From assembly GCF_050920415.1 (NCBI RefSeq), contig NZ_CP169309.1: a stretch of DNA of 64,000 nucleotides; one strand, 5' to 3'. Below, one piece after another: positions 40,997 to 55,267 of this stretch. How positions within the stretch are numbered: the first letter of the stretch is position 1; each line of letters begins with the position of its first letter. Origin of the DNA: Escherichia coli. Its GTDB lineage: Bacteria; Pseudomonadota; Gammaproteobacteria; Enterobacterales; Enterobacteriaceae. Both the position numbers and the translations under genes were made by a program. The notes below the pieces were generated by a model. It was not told where the DNA came from and did not search any database. It worked only from the letters and a program-made list of their open reading frames with translations.

Positions 40997-42064
40997 TTAA
41001 TTGGTTGCCGGATATTCCTGAATGGTGACCTGCAGCGTTAACTGCTTATCATCACGCATCACTACAACCGGGATCACCGAGCCAGGGCGAATTTCCGCCA
41101 CCTGATCCATCGTCTCCAGAGCAGAGATGGCCGGTTTGTTATCCACCGAAATAATCAAATCATTGACCTGAATACCCGCATTCGCCGCCGGGCCGTCAGG
41201 TGACACTTCATTAACCACGATCCCTTGCAGTTGATCTATACCACCGCCCTGCGCGTGCAGTGGTGCGATCTCACGTCCGCCGATACCAATGTAGCCGCGG
41301 ATCACGCGACCATCGCGGATCAGCTTATCCATAATTTTGGTTGCTAACTGGAAAGGAATCGCAAAGCCGATGCCTTCCGGCGTTTCGCCATCGTTACTCT
41401 TATCAAACGACAGCGTGTTAATGCCCATCAGTTCGCCCAGCGAGTTCACCAGTGCGCCGCCAGAGTTACCGTGGTTAATGGAAGCATCGGTTTGCAGGAA
41501 GTTTTGCCGCCCGGTCGGGTTCAGACCAATTCGACCCGTGGCACTAATAATCCCCTGGGTAATGGTCTGCCCGAGGTTGTACGGGTTACCGATCGCCAGG
41601 ACCACGTCACCAATGTGCGGTACGCGACGTGCATTGATTGGAATGGTAGGTAAACCGCCAGTGGCATTAATTTTAAGTACCGCCAGATCGGTTAGAGAGT
41701 CAGATCCCACCAGCAATGCTTCAAATACACGTCCATCTTGTAAGGCGACGATGATCTGATCGGCGTCGTTGATGACGTGTTTATTGGTGATGATATAACC
41801 GCGTTGATCCATGATTACACCGGATCCCAGGGTGCGGATCTCAAGCTGGTTGTGAGAGTTGGTGTTCAAACCACGGTTGTAAACGTTAACCACCGCTGGC
41901 GCGGCGCGGCGAACCGCCAGATTATAGCTGGCAGGCGTCTCATCGGTACTGTCAAATTGCGGAGTGGAAAGCGGGTTAAGGCTGCGCAGCGAAGGCATGG
42001 CAACCAGCAGAATAGCGCCGACAATTAATCCAATCGCAACGGAACGTAAGAGCTTCACAAACAT
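40997..42064 (-). CDS. degS: periplasmic serine endoprotease DegS (sigma-E pathway sensor)
   Basis: 355 aa with N-terminal anchor, trypsin-like domain (GNSGGAL) and a single PDZ domain. Confidence 0.95.
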   Translation of the reverse strand: MFVKLLRSVAIGLIVGAILLVAMPSLRSLNPLSTPQFDSTDETPASYNLAVRRAAPAVVNVYNRGLNTNSHNQLEIRTLGSGVIMDQRGYIITNKHVINDADQIIVALQDGRVFEALLVGSDSLTDLAVLKINATGGLPTIPINARRVPHIGDVVLAIGNPYNLGQTITQGIISATGRIGLNPTGRQNFLQTDASINHGNSGGALVNSLGELMGINTLSFDKSNDGETPEGIGFAIPFQLATKIMDKLIRDGRVIRGYIGIGGREIAPLHAQGGGIDQLQGIVVNEVSPDGPAANAGIQVNDLIISVDNKPAISALETMDQVAEIRPGSVIPVVVMRDDKQLTLQVTIQEYPATN

Positions 42065-42153
42065 GATGGAGGCGTCATTAAAAAAGGGAACGGCAGCAGC
42101 ATACCACGAGTTAACCGGACATCACACGTCAGCCTGATGCCCGGTTTACGACA

Positions 42154-43521
42154 TTAACGCATCAGCAAATAGATGCTTTCATTGCCGCGTACAATTTGCA
42201 GGGCGATGATGGCCGGTTTTGCCGCCAGCACTTTACGCATTTCAGCAATCGAGTTCACCCGATCGCGGTTGACACCAATGATCACATCGTCTTTTTGCAA
42301 GCCTGCCTGAGCAGCTGGGCTTCCTTTGACAACCTCATCGATCTTAATACCTTTGCCGCCATCTTTTAGCTGACCATCGCTCAACGTTGCACCTTCCAGC
42401 GCTGGCGTGATCATTTCAGCACTGGCTGACGAAGAGGTACTGGTATCGAGCGTCACTTCTACTTCCAGTGGTTTGCCATTACGCAGCAGGCCGAGCTTTA
42501 CTTTCGTGCCCGGCTCGGTGGTTGCGATACGAGAGCGCAACTCAGCAAAGCTATTCAGTGGTTTGCCGTTGAGGCTGGTAATAATATCGCCCGCTTTGAC
42601 GCCCGCTTTTGCCGAGCCAGAACCTGGCAGCACTTCGCTGACAAACGCGCCACGCTGTACGTCAAGGTTGAAGGCTTTGGCGATATCGGCACTCATCTCG
42701 GTGCCTTTGATGCCTAACAGACCGCGTTTGATTTCACCAAAGTCGATAAGCTGCTGCGCCAGTGTTCGCGCCATATTACTGGGGATGGCAAATCCAATCC
42801 CGACGCTCCCACCGCCAGGCGCAAGGATTGCAGTGTTGATGCCAATTAACTCACCGTTAAGGTTTAACAGTGCACCGCCGGAGTTACCGCGGTTAATGGA
42901 AGCATCTGTCTGGATAAAGTTTTCAAGACCTTCAAGATTCAACCCGCTGCGGCCTAATGCGGAAACAATGCCAGAGGTGGCGGTTTGCCCAAGGCCAAAT
43001 GGGTTACCGACCGCCACGGCAAAATCACCGACGCGCAATTTATCGGAGTCGGCAATAGCGATTTGCGTTAATTTGCTCGGGTTTTGAATTTGCAACAGGG
43101 CGATATCGCTCTGGTCATCGCTACCAATCAGTTTTGCATCAAACTCGCGCCCATCATTGAGCTGAATACTGATTTTCTGTGCCTGATTAATCACATGGTT
43201 GTTAGTCAGCACATAGCCTTTACTGGCGTTGATGATGACACCGGAGCCTAAACCTTCGAAAGGTTGTGCAGGTTGATCCGGTAAATCATCACCAAAAAAC
43301 TTTTTGAATTCTTCCGGGATTTTCTGTCCCTGACTGGCCGTTCCTTCCACTCGTACGCTCACCACTGCCGGAAGCACTTTTTCTAGCATTGGAGCCAAAC
43401 TGGGGAGGGGGGCCTGATCGGCAACCTGGCCTGGAATCGACGCAACGGCCTGAAATGACGCCGAGAGAGTTAACCCGACACTTAACGCTAATGCACTCAA
43501 CAGCTGGGTTTGTTTTTTCAT
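42154..43521 (-). CDS. degQ: periplasmic serine endoprotease DegQ
   Basis: 455 aa from MKKQTQLLSALALSVGLTLSASFQAVA; protease domain (GNSGGAL) and two PDZ domains; track ORF is extended upstream. Confidence 0.95.
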   Translation of the reverse strand: MKKQTQLLSALALSVGLTLSASFQAVASIPGQVADQAPLPSLAPMLEKVLPAVVSVRVEGTASQGQKIPEEFKKFFGDDLPDQPAQPFEGLGSGVIINASKGYVLTNNHVINQAQKISIQLNDGREFDAKLIGSDDQSDIALLQIQNPSKLTQIAIADSDKLRVGDFAVAVGNPFGLGQTATSGIVSALGRSGLNLEGLENFIQTDASINRGNSGGALLNLNGELIGINTAILAPGGGSVGIGFAIPSNMARTLAQQLIDFGEIKRGLLGIKGTEMSADIAKAFNLDVQRGAFVSEVLPGSGSAKAGVKAGDIITSLNGKPLNSFAELRSRIATTEPGTKVKLGLLRNGKPLEVEVTLDTSTSSSASAEMITPALEGATLSDGQLKDGGKGIKIDEVVKGSPAAQAGLQKDDVIIGVNRDRVNSIAEMRKVLAAKPAIIALQIVRGNESIYLLMR

Positions 43522-43675
43522 TATTCCTGCTCTCGTACCTGAATGATAAGAAAAGAGATTCAAAACAGTTTGATGTTATTGAATTTTCAGACGGCTAACA
43601 ATGAGACACCAGATTAAATGATAGTCGGGGGAGGGAAAGAAGAGGAGGGCGCAATGGCTGCGCCCGAAAAATAAA

Positions 43676-44074
43676 TTAGTCGCGCTTCGCGCCAGTACGC
43701 AGCAGGCCTGACGCGCCTTCAGAATAGTCGCGTGGCATTTGCACCGGTGCCTGATCGTTGCTGGCTTCAGACTCTGCCAGACGATTACGGAACGGGTTTG
43801 CTTCAGCAGACAGTTCCGGCAGCAGGCTGCTGGAGCTTTTCGCCATGTGTTGATACAGCTGGCGATAGTCGTGCGCCATGGTATCCAGTAATTCCGCGCT
43901 GCGGGCAAAGTGGCTAACCAGCTCTTCGCGATACTCGTCCAGTTCAGCTTTATTCTTTTCCAGTTCGTACTGCAACGCCTGTTGCTGGCGTAGTTTACGA
44001 TTACCAAAACGCATGGCCACAGCACCAATAATGATGCCGACGACTAACCCAATTAGCGCATATTCCCAGGTCAT
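43676..44074 (-). CDS. zapG: Z-ring-associated inner-membrane protein
   Basis: 132 aa from MTWEYALIGLVVGIIIGAVAMRFGNRKL... (YhcB). Confidence 0.88.
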   Translation of the reverse strand: MTWEYALIGLVVGIIIGAVAMRFGNRKLRQQQALQYELEKNKAELDEYREELVSHFARSAELLDTMAHDYRQLYQHMAKSSSSLLPELSAEANPFRNRLAESEASNDQAPVQMPRDYSEGASGLLRTGAKRD

Positions 44075-44267
44075 GAACATCTCCCGTTGTCTTTTGTTTC
44101 CGTAGGGTGTTGGCTTCAGGCTCCATGCCTGCGGCTGATTATGCCACTATAACCGTTAATTCCACAGAAGTGGAATCCCGACTGCATATCGCGTAGTGTA
44201 GAACGGCCTTTTTTTCGTCAACCGTGAACAACGGCGCACCGATTATTCAAGGAATAACAATAAGATC

Positions 44268-45395
44268 ATGCAAAGCGTTACCCCAACATCGCAATACCTG
44301 AAGGCGCTCAATGAAGGCAGCCATCAACCCGACGACGTTCAAAAAGAGGCCGTCAGCCGCCTGGAAATTATTTATCAGGAACTCATCAATAGCACGCCTC
44401 CAGCCCCCAGGACGAGTGGGCTAATGGCGCGGGTCGGTAAACTGTGGGGTAAACGCGAAGACACAAAGCATACGCCAGTGCGTGGCTTATATATGTGGGG
44501 CGGGGTAGGACGCGGGAAAACCTGGCTGATGGACCTTTTCTATCAAAGCCTGCCGGGAGAGCGGAAACAGCGTCTGCACTTTCACCGTTTTATGCTGCGG
44601 GTACATGAAGAGCTAACTGCTTTGCAGGGGCAGACCGATCCGCTGGAAATTATTGCCGATCGCTTTAAAGCAGAAACTGACGTGCTCTGTTTTGACGAAT
44701 TTTTTGTTTCTGATATTACCGATGCCATGCTACTTGGCGGCCTGATGAAAGCCCTGTTCGCCCGCGGTATTACCCTGGTAGCGACGTCAAATATTCCGCC
44801 GGACGAACTTTATCGAAATGGCCTGCAACGTGCGCGTTTTTTGCCTGCAATCGATGCCATTAAACAGCATTGTGATGTAATGAACGTGGACGCCGGTGTT
44901 GATTATCGACTGCGTACGCTCACTCAGGCGCACCTGTGGCTTTCGCCACTCAACGATGAAACCCGGACGCAAATGGACAAACTGTGGTTGGCGCTGGCGG
45001 GGGCGAAACGAGAAAATTCACCGACGTTAGAAATCAACCATCGGCCATTGGCGACAATGGGCGTCGAGAACCAGACGCTGGCGGTCTCTTTTACTACGCT
45101 GTGCGTCGACGCCCGTAGTCAGCATGACTATATTGCGCTCTCACGCCTCTTTCACACGGTCATGTTGTTTGATGTACCAGTTATGACGCGGTTGATGGAG
45201 AGCGAAGCGCGGCGCTTTATTGCGCTGGTGGATGAGTTTTACGAGCGCCATGTCAAATTAGTGGTGAGTGCAGAAGTGCCGCTGTATGAAATTTATCAGG
45301 GCGATCGGCTGAAGTTTGAGTTCCAGCGTTGCCTGTCACGTCTGCAAGAGATGCAAAGCGAAGAGTATCTGAAGCGCGAGCATTTGGCGGGTTAA
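44268..45395 (+). CDS. zapE: AFG1-like ATPase ZapE
   Basis: 375 aa with Walker A GGVGRGKT. Confidence 0.92.
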   Translation: MQSVTPTSQYLKALNEGSHQPDDVQKEAVSRLEIIYQELINSTPPAPRTSGLMARVGKLWGKREDTKHTPVRGLYMWGGVGRGKTWLMDLFYQSLPGERKQRLHFHRFMLRVHEELTALQGQTDPLEIIADRFKAETDVLCFDEFFVSDITDAMLLGGLMKALFARGITLVATSNIPPDELYRNGLQRARFLPAIDAIKQHCDVMNVDAGVDYRLRTLTQAHLWLSPLNDETRTQMDKLWLALAGAKRENSPTLEINHRPLATMGVENQTLAVSFTTLCVDARSQHDYIALSRLFHTVMLFDVPVMTRLMESEARRFIALVDEFYERHVKLVVSAEVPLYEIYQGDRLKFEFQRCLSRLQEMQSEEYLKREHLAG

Positions 45396-45526
45396 AACCT
45401 GCCACAAATCACAAAAAGGGGTCGATCTTTGACCCCGACTTCTCTATAATCCTGCGACCCCACGTTACAAGAAAGTTTTTTTCCCAAAACTTTTTGTGTG
45501 CTGGCATAGGCTATTCGAAGGGGTAG

Positions 45527-46042
<516 letters not shown>

Positions 46043-46054
46043 TCGGGATTATAG

Positions 46055-46450
<396 letters not shown>

Positions 46451-46482
46451 TTGGCTTCTGCTCCGGCAGAAAACAATTTGCG

Positions 46483-46510
46483 AAAAAAACCCGCTTCGGC
46501 GGGTTTTTTT
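46483..46510 (+). terminator. rho-independent terminator of rplM-rpsI
   Basis: AAAAAAACCCGCTTCGGCGGGTTTTTTT. Confidence 0.88.
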
Positions 46511-46843
46511 ATGGCTAAAATCTGAATCAGCGTAAAAAAAGGAATGTTGATTTTTGCTGTCGCCTGACAGACAGAAAACAAAAACCACATCGCCGATAAG
46601 GGACTAAGTCAACCATTTCAGACTAAAGCGCATCTCTTTTTCCCCATTTCCGGCATCGACTCACCACAAAGGTCACAAAATCTGGTAAACTATCATCCAA
46701 TTTTCTGCCCAAATGTCGGGTATTGCTCATTTTTTGTTTGATTTTCGAACAAAGAGAGTCGTTCCTTACTGGGTAACACAACTTCTGACTGGCCACCTGG
46801 TGGCTGGTAGCAGTAAAAATTCTGACTATACCTGGAGGTTTTC

Positions 46844-47482
46844 ATGGCTGTCGCTGCCAACAAACGTTCGGTAATGACGCTGTTTTCCGGTCCTACTGAC
46901 ATCTATAGCCATCAGGTCCGCATTGTGCTGGCTGAGAAAGGTGTAAGTTTCGAGATCGAACACGTGGAAAAGGACAATCCGCCTCAGGATCTGATTGACC
47001 TCAACCCGAATCAGAGCGTTCCGACCCTGGTGGATCGTGAGCTGACCCTGTGGGAATCTCGCATCATTATGGAATATCTGGATGAGCGTTTCCCGCATCC
47101 GCCACTGATGCCTGTTTACCCGGTAGCTCGCGGTGAAAGCCGTCTGTACATGCATCGCATCGAAAAAGACTGGTACACGCTGATGAACACCATCATCAAC
47201 GGTTCAGCTTCTGAAGCAGATGCCGCACGTAAGCAACTGCGCGAAGAACTGCTGGCGATTGCGCCGGTCTTCGGTCAGAAGCCGTACTTCCTGAGCGATG
47301 AGTTCAGCCTGGTCGATTGCTACCTTGCTCCGCTGCTGTGGCGTCTGCCGCAACTGGGCATCGAGTTCAGCGGTCCGGGTGCGAAAGAGCTGAAAGGCTA
47401 TATGACCCGCGTCTTTGAACGTGACTCTTTCCTTGCTTCTTTAACTGAAGCAGAACGTGAAATGCGTCTGGGCCGGAGTTAA
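46844..47482 (+). CDS. sspA: stringent starvation protein A (GST-like)
   Basis: 212 aa, MAVAANKRSVMTLFSGPTDIYSHQVRIVLAEKGVSFEIEHVEKDNPPQDLIDLNPNQSVPTLVDRELTLWESRIIMEYLDERFPHPPLMP. Confidence 0.98.
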   Translation: MAVAANKRSVMTLFSGPTDIYSHQVRIVLAEKGVSFEIEHVEKDNPPQDLIDLNPNQSVPTLVDRELTLWESRIIMEYLDERFPHPPLMPVYPVARGESRLYMHRIEKDWYTLMNTIINGSASEADAARKQLREELLAIAPVFGQKPYFLSDEFSLVDCYLAPLLWRLPQLGIEFSGPGAKELKGYMTRVFERDSFLASLTEAEREMRLGRS

Positions 47483-47487
47483 TCTGT

Positions 47488-47985
47488 ATGGATTTGTCAC
47501 AGCTAACACCACGTCGTCCCTATCTGCTGCGTGCATTCTATGAGTGGTTGCTGGATAACCAGCTCACGCCGCACCTGGTGGTGGATGTGACGCTCCCTGG
47601 CGTGCAGGTTCCTATGGAATATGCGCGTGACGGGCAAATCGTACTCAACATTGCGCCGCGTGCTGTCGGCAATCTGGAACTGGCGAATGATGAGGTGCGC
47701 TTTAACGCGCGCTTTGGTGGCATTCCGCGTCAGGTTTCTGTGCCGCTGGCTGCCGTGCTGGCTATCTACGCCCGTGAAAATGGCGCAGGCACGATGTTTG
47801 AACCTGAAGCTGCCTACGATGAAGATGCCAGCATCATGAATGATGAAGAGGCATCGGCAGACAACGAAACCGTTATGTCGGTTATTGATGGCGACAAGCC
47901 AGATCACGATGATGACACTCATCCTGACGATGAACCACCGCAGCCACCACGCGGTGGTCGACCGGCATTACGCGTTGTGAAGTAA
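47488..47985 (+). CDS. sspB: ClpXP adaptor SspB
   Basis: 165 aa, MDLSQLTPRRPYLLRAFYEWLLDNQLTPHLVVDVTLPGVQVPMEYARDGQIVLNIAPRAVGNLEL...; C-terminal RGGRPALRVVK. Confidence 0.97.
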   Translation: MDLSQLTPRRPYLLRAFYEWLLDNQLTPHLVVDVTLPGVQVPMEYARDGQIVLNIAPRAVGNLELANDEVRFNARFGGIPRQVSVPLAAVLAIYARENGAGTMFEPEAAYDEDASIMNDEEASADNETVMSVIDGDKPDHDDDTHPDDEPPQPPRGGRPALRVVK

Positions 47986-47989
47986 AATG

Positions 47990-48022
47990 AAAACAGGCCC
48001 TGGCGGCCTGTTTTGTCTTTTT
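47990..48022. terminator. bidirectional terminator between sspB and dcuD
   Basis: AAACAGGCCCTGGCGGCCTGTTTTGTCTTTTT. Confidence 0.8.
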
Positions 48023-48028
48023 AATCGC

Positions 48029-49396
48029 TTAATAAAATAGCGTGATAGTGGCAATCATATTCACCACGAAACCGACTGACATGGGGATCGCTGTCCGCTT
48101 CACTACCGCAAAAGGCGAAACGCCTGCAATTCCTGACGTAACGACCACCACCGCAGTAATCGGCGAAACAGCGCGCGCTAGCGTCGTGGCAAAATGCATC
48201 GGCATAATCATTACAACCGCTGGTACATGTAGTCCGGCTGCGATATTCGGAATAAGACTGGCAAATGACATAAATGGCGCATTGCCTGAGCCCATCACAA
48301 TGGCACAAATGGCAATGACCAGCGCCATAATAATCATCACGCCAATACCGCCCAGACCAGAATGCTCCGCCCCCCTGATAACCGCATCGACAGTGCCAAT
48401 CGTCGTTAAGCCTTTCGCAAATATTTCACCCGCGACCACCAGCGTTACCACGTTGGCAAACTGCGTACCCATGCCGTCAAAAAACGCCTGCACATTGTCC
48501 ATTGTTTCGCGCAAATTATGCTTGCGGAAAAACTCAACAAACATCGTCACCGTCAAACTCAGTAACATCACCACCACCAGATGCAGTTCTGACTGCATCA
48601 GTCCAGCGTGGGCGAGGAACAGCGAGCCGAGCATCAGGATTAACGGCATCACCGGTAAAATGGCGTAATAGAGCGGCGGGACATTATCGAGAGCTTTTTG
48701 CTCCGCCTGCTCGTGATTGATATTTTTATCTTTTTTGTCAAAAGCGCGTTGCACGAAAAAGTGAGAGATCGCTACCGAGATAATGACGCAAGAGGCGACC
48801 GGAAGCTGGTAGTGGAAGAAGTAAGTGGCAATTTTCATTCCTGCCACCTGGGCCGCAAAAATAGAGTTCGTTTCCAGAATCCCCCACTCAATGGACATCG
48901 TGGTTGCGATAACTGCCACCGCAGAGAGTCGACTTACTCCCAGACTCACTAGTGTTGGAAATAAGGTGACCATCAGCAACATACCCAGACCGGAGGCGCT
49001 GGTAATAAACTGCGCCATGATTTGGCCGATAACGTAAGTTGCCGACAGAATAAGATACGGCGAGCGAATGAGTTTTAACGGGCGGCTTAACAAGCTCACC
49101 ATCGCCCGACTGGCTCCTATGCGCTCCATGTAGCGGGCATACCCGCCCACAGCCATAATCGACAACCCTAACCCGGCAATGCGGTTGGACAGCATGCGCA
49201 GGATTTCATTATAAATATCGACGATCAAGTAGCCGCTGCTTTTGGCGGGATCGAGTACTCCACCGAACCCTAACCAGACACCGCACATCATCAGGAAGAT
49301 ACCTGCGGCAGCCAGCACCACTTGAGGTTTGTAGTTTTTCAGGATCAAATAGCCCATCGTCATTAATACGATGACAGATATAATTATGCCGAACAT
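48029..49396 (-). CDS. dcuD: DcuC-family C4-dicarboxylate transporter
   Basis: ~455-aa polytopic membrane protein from [28 protein letters not shown]; track ORF is extended 6 codons upstream. Confidence 0.9.
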   Translation of the reverse strand: MFGIIISVIVLMTMGYLILKNYKPQVVLAAAGIFLMMCGVWLGFGGVLDPAKSSGYLIVDIYNEILRMLSNRIAGLGLSIMAVGGYARYMERIGASRAMVSLLSRPLKLIRSPYLILSATYVIGQIMAQFITSASGLGMLLMVTLFPTLVSLGVSRLSAVAVIATTMSIEWGILETNSIFAAQVAGMKIATYFFHYQLPVASCVIISVAISHFFVQRAFDKKDKNINHEQAEQKALDNVPPLYYAILPVMPLILMLGSLFLAHAGLMQSELHLVVVMLLSLTVTMFVEFFRKHNLRETMDNVQAFFDGMGTQFANVVTLVVAGEIFAKGLTTIGTVDAVIRGAEHSGLGGIGVMIIMALVIAICAIVMGSGNAPFMSFASLIPNIAAGLHVPAVVMIMPMHFATTLARAVSPITAVVVVTSGIAGVSPFAVVKRTAIPMSVGFVVNMIATITLFY

Positions 49397-49775
49397 TGTT
49401 GAACTCCGTGTCAAAAGAAAACGGTCAATCCCATAAACGGCAGATTGAAAACAGTGATGTTATATTTTTTGCAAGGCTATTTATGGTGTTGGTGTCGTAT
49501 TTTTTAATTCTGGATGAGGCGATTTTTCATTATAAAATATGCATTTATGATTATTTTGTAAGAACATATTCGTAATATTCATAATGCTTGTGAATAGTCT
49601 TATGAATAATTCATTCAGGATGTTTTTATCGGCGTTACACTAATTTTCGCAATAGTTAATTATTACGTTAATTATGATAATAATGAGACACAAAGAGAAA
49701 AAACCGCCATTTCCCCCTACTTTCAATCCTGTGATAGGATGTCACTGATGATGTTAATCACACTGACCTTACAGA

Positions 49776-50567
49776 ATGGGCCTTATGAACGCATTTGATT
49801 CGCAAACCGAAGATTCTTCACCTGCAATTGGTCGCAACTTGCGCAGCCGCCCGCTGGCGCGTAAAAAACTCTCCGAAATGGTGGAAGAAGAGCTGGAACA
49901 GATGATCCGCCGTCGTGAATTTGGCGAAGGTGAACAATTACCGTCTGAACGCGAACTGATGGCGTTCTTTAACGTCGGGCGTCCTTCGGTGCGTGAAGCG
50001 CTGGCAGCGTTAAAACGTAAAGGTCTGGTGCAAATAAACAACGGCGAACGCGCTCGCGTCTCACGTCCTTCTGCGGACACCATCATCGGCGAGCTTTCCG
50101 GCATGGCGAAAGATTTCCTTTCTCATCCTGGCGGGATTGCCCATTTCGAACAATTACGTCTGTTCTTTGAATCCAGCCTGGTGCGCTATGCGGCTGAACA
50201 TGCCACCGATGAGCAAATCGATTTGCTGGCAAAAGCACTGGAAATCAACAGTCAGTCGCTTGATAACAACGCGGCATTCATTCGTTCAGACGTTGATTTC
50301 CACCGCGTGCTGGCGGAGATCCCCGGTAACCCAATCTTTATGGCGATCCACGTTGCCCTGCTCGACTGGCTGATCGCCGCACGTCCAACCGTGGCTGATC
50401 AGGCTCTGCACGAGCATAACAACGTTAGCTATCAACAGCATATTGCGATCGTTGATGCGATCCGCCGCCACGATCCCGATGAAGCCGATCGCGCGTTGCA
50501 ATCGCATCTCAACAGCGTCTCTGCTACCTGGCACGCCTTCGGTCAGACCACCAACAAAAAGAAATAA
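49776..50567 (+). CDS. nanR: GntR/FadR-family repressor of sialic-acid catabolism
   Basis: 263 aa with N-terminal GntR HTH ([36 protein letters not shown]). Confidence 0.95.
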   Translation: MGLMNAFDSQTEDSSPAIGRNLRSRPLARKKLSEMVEEELEQMIRRREFGEGEQLPSERELMAFFNVGRPSVREALAALKRKGLVQINNGERARVSRPSADTIIGELSGMAKDFLSHPGGIAHFEQLRLFFESSLVRYAAEHATDEQIDLLAKALEINSQSLDNNAAFIRSDVDFHRVLAEIPGNPIFMAIHVALLDWLIAARPTVADQALHEHNNVSYQQHIAIVDAIRRHDPDEADRALQSHLNSVSATWHAFGQTTNKKK

Positions 50568-50630
50568 TGCCACTTTAGTGAAGCAGATCGCATTATAAGC
50601 TTTCTGTATGGGGTGTTGCTTAATTGATCT

Positions 50631-50653
50631 GGTATAACAGGTATAAAGGTATA
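50631..50653 (+). promoter_or_regulatory. NanR operator: three direct GGTATA repeats
   Basis: GGTATAACAGGTATAAAGGTATA immediately upstream of nanA; matches the known NanR site architecture. Confidence 0.85.
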
Positions 50654-50688
50654 TCGTTTATCAGACAAGCATCACTTCAGAGGTATTT

Positions 50689-51582
50689 ATGGCAACGAAT
50701 TTACGTGGCGTAATGGCCGCACTCCTGACTCCTTTTGATCAACAACAAGCACTGGATAAAGCGAGTCTGCGTCGCCTGGTTCAGTTCAATATTCAGCAGG
50801 GCATCGACGGTTTATACGTGGGTGGTTCTACCGGCGAAGCCTTTGTACAAAGCCTTTCCGAGCGTGAACAGGTACTGGAAATCGTCGCCGAAGAGGCGAA
50901 AGGCAAGATTAAACTCATCGCTCATGTAGGTTGCGTCAGCACTGCTGAAAGCCAACAGCTTGCGTCTTCAGCCAAACGTTATGGCTTCGATGCCGTCTCC
51001 GCCGTCACGCCGTTCTACTACCCTTTCAGCTTTGAAGAACACTGCGATCACTATCGGGCAATTATTGATTCGGCGGATGGGTTGCCGATGGTGGTGTACA
51101 ACATTCCGGCGTTAAGCGGCGTTAAACTGACCCTGGATCAGATTAACACTCTGGTTACGTTGCCTGGTGTCGGCGCGCTGAAACAGACCTCTGGCGATCT
51201 CTATCAGATGGAGCAGATCCGTCGTGAACATCCGGATCTGGTGCTCTATAACGGTTACGACGAAATCTTTGCTTCTGGTTTGTTGGCGGGCGCTGATGGT
51301 GGTATCGGCAGTACTTACAACATTATGGGCTGGCGTTATCAGGGTATCGTGAAGGCGCTGAAAGAAGGCGATATCCAGACCGCGCAGAAGCTGCAAACCG
51401 AATGTAATAAAGTCATTGATTTACTGATCAAAACGGGCGTATTCCGCGGCCTGAAAACGGTCCTGCACTATATGGATGTCGTTTCTGTGCCGCTGTGCCG
51501 CAAACCGTTTGGTCCGGTCGATGAAAAATATCTGCCAGAACTGAAGGCGCTAGCCCAGCAGTTGATGCAAGAGCGCGGGTGA
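50689..51582 (+). CDS. nanA: N-acetylneuraminate lyase
   Basis: 297 aa, [52 protein letters not shown]... Confidence 0.98.
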   Translation: MATNLRGVMAALLTPFDQQQALDKASLRRLVQFNIQQGIDGLYVGGSTGEAFVQSLSEREQVLEIVAEEAKGKIKLIAHVGCVSTAESQQLASSAKRYGFDAVSAVTPFYYPFSFEEHCDHYRAIIDSADGLPMVVYNIPALSGVKLTLDQINTLVTLPGVGALKQTSGDLYQMEQIRREHPDLVLYNGYDEIFASGLLAGADGGIGSTYNIMGWRYQGIVKALKEGDIQTAQKLQTECNKVIDLLIKTGVFRGLKTVLHYMDVVSVPLCRKPFGPVDEKYLPELKALAQQLMQERG

Positions 51583-51690
51583 GTTGTTTCCCCTCGCTCG
51601 CCCCTACCGGGTGAGGGGAAATAAACGCATCTGTACCCTACAATTTTTATACCAAAGCGTGTGGGCATCGCCCACCGCGGGAGACTCACA

Positions 51691-53181
51691 ATGAGTACTA
51701 CAACCCAGAATATCCCGTGGTATCGCCATCTCAACCGCGCACAATGGCGCGCATTTTCCGCTGCCTGGTTGGGATATCTGCTTGACGGTTTTGATTTCGT
51801 TTTAATCGCCCTGGTACTCACCGAAGTACAAGGTGAATTCGGGCTGACGACGGTACAGGCGGCAAGTCTGATCTCCGCAGCCTTTATCTCTCGCTGGTTC
51901 GGCGGCCTGATGCTTGGCGCTATGGGCGACCGCTACGGGCGTCGTCTGGCAATGGTTACCAGTATCGTTCTCTTCTCGGCCGGGACGCTGGCCTGCGGCT
52001 TTGCGCCAGGCTACATCACCATGTTTATTGCTCGTCTGGTCATCGGCATGGGGATGGCGGGTGAATACGGTTCCAGCGCCACCTATGTCATTGAAAGCTG
52101 GCCAAAACATCTGCGTAACAAAGCCAGTGGTTTTCTGATTTCAGGCTTCTCGGTGGGTGCCGTCGTTGCCGCTCAGGTCTACAGCCTGGTGGTTCCGGTC
52201 TGGGGCTGGCGTGCATTGTTTTTTATCGGCATCTTACCAATCATCTTTGCTCTCTGGCTGCGTAAAAACATCCCGGAAGCGGAAGACTGGAAAGAGAAAC
52301 ACGCAGGTAAAGCACCAGTACGCACAATGGTGGATATTCTCTACCGTGGTGAACATCGTATCGCCAATATCGTGATGACACTGGCGGCGGCCACTGCGCT
52401 GTGGTTCTGCTTCGCCGGTAACCTGCAAAATGCCGCAATCGTCGCTGTACTCGGGCTGTTATGCGCCGCAATCTTTATCAGCTTTATGGTACAGAGTACG
52501 GGCAAACGCTGGCCAACGGGCGTAATGCTGATGGTGGTCGTGTTGTTTGCTTTCCTCTACTCATGGCCGATTCAGGCGCTGCTGCCAACGTATCTTAAAA
52601 CTGAACTTGCTTATAACCCGCATACTGTCGCCAATGTGCTGTTCTTTAGTGGCTTTGGTGCGGCGGTGGGGTGCTGCGTCGGTGGCTTCCTCGGTGACTG
52701 GCTGGGAACCCGCAAAGCGTACGTTTGCAGTCTGCTGGCCTCACAGCTGCTGATTATTCCGGTATTTGCGATTGGTGGCGCAAACGTCTGGGTGCTCGGT
52801 TTGTTACTGTTCTTCCAGCAAATGCTTGGACAAGGGATCGCCGGGATCTTACCGAAACTGATTGGCGGTTATTTCGATACCGACCAGCGTGCAGCGGGGC
52901 TGGGCTTTACCTACAACGTTGGCGCATTGGGCGGCGCACTGGCCCCAATCATCGGCGCGTTGATCGCTCAACGTCTGGATCTGGGTACTGCGCTGGCATC
53001 GCTTTCGTTTAGCCTGACGTTCGTGGTGATCCTGCTGATTGGGCTGGATATGCCTTCTCGCGTTCAGCGTTGGTTGCGCCCGGAAGCGTTGCGTACTCAT
53101 GACGCTATCGACGGCAAACCATTTAGCGGTGCCGTACCGTTTGGCAGCGCTAAAAACGATTTAGTCAAAACCAAAAGTTAA
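51691..53181 (+). CDS. nanT: sialic acid MFS transporter
   Basis: 496 aa from [47 protein letters not shown]; track ORF is extended upstream. Confidence 0.97.
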   Translation: MSTTTQNIPWYRHLNRAQWRAFSAAWLGYLLDGFDFVLIALVLTEVQGEFGLTTVQAASLISAAFISRWFGGLMLGAMGDRYGRRLAMVTSIVLFSAGTLACGFAPGYITMFIARLVIGMGMAGEYGSSATYVIESWPKHLRNKASGFLISGFSVGAVVAAQVYSLVVPVWGWRALFFIGILPIIFALWLRKNIPEAEDWKEKHAGKAPVRTMVDILYRGEHRIANIVMTLAAATALWFCFAGNLQNAAIVAVLGLLCAAIFISFMVQSTGKRWPTGVMLMVVVLFAFLYSWPIQALLPTYLKTELAYNPHTVANVLFFSGFGAAVGCCVGGFLGDWLGTRKAYVCSLLASQLLIIPVFAIGGANVWVLGLLLFFQQMLGQGIAGILPKLIGGYFDTDQRAAGLGFTYNVGALGGALAPIIGALIAQRLDLGTALASLSFSLTFVVILLIGLDMPSRVQRWLRPEALRTHDAIDGKPFSGAVPFGSAKNDLVKTKS

Positions 53182-53227
53182 TCCTGTTGCCCGGTCCTGG
53201 ACCGGGCCTTTTGCTAAGGGAAGATGT

Positions 53228-53913
53228 ATGTCGTTACTTGCACAACTGGATCAAAAAATCGCTGCTAACGGTGGCCTGATTGTCTCCTGCCAGCCGGTTC
53301 CGGACAGCCCGCTCGATAAACCGGAAATCGTCGCTGCTATGGCATTAGCGGCAGAGCAGGCGGGCGCGGTTGCCATTCGCATTGAAGGTGTGGCAAATCT
53401 ACAAGCCACGCGTGCGGTGGTGAGCGTGCCGATTATCGGGATTGTGAAGCGCGATCTGGAGGATTCTCCGGTACGCATCACGGCCTATATTGAAGATGTT
53501 GATGCACTGGCGCAGGCGGGTGCGGATATCATCGCTATTGATGGCACCGATCGCCCGCGCCCGGTTCCAGTTGAAACACTGCTGGCGCGTATTCACCATC
53601 ACGGTTTACTGGCGATGACCGACTGTTCAACGCCGGAAGACGGCCTGGCTTGCCAAAAGCTGGGAGCCGAAATTATTGGTACTACGCTTTCTGGCTATAC
53701 CACGCCTGAAACGCCAGAAGAGCCAGACCTGGCACTGGTGAAAACATTAAGCGACGCCGGATGTCGGGTGATTGCCGAAGGGCGTTACAACTCGCCTGCT
53801 CAGGCGGCGGATGCGATGCGACACGGTGCATGGGCGGTAACGGTCGGTTCTGCTATCACGCGTCTTGAACACATTTGTCAGTGGTACAACACAGCGATGA
53901 AAAAGGCGGTGCT

Positions 53914-53917
<4 letters not shown>
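53228..53917 (+). CDS. nanE: N-acetylmannosamine-6-phosphate 2-epimerase
   Basis: 229 aa, [54 protein letters not shown]... Confidence 0.97.
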
Positions 53918-55250
<1,333 letters not shown>

Positions 55251-55267
55251 AACTTAGTTCGTTTTAA

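Noticed and set aside
51590-51640. Stem-loop CCCCTCGCTCGCCCCTACCGGGTGAGGGG between nanA and nanT
   Set aside because: Probably an intra-operon RNA hairpin or REP-like element with no T-run; too little to call a terminator or attenuator with confidence.
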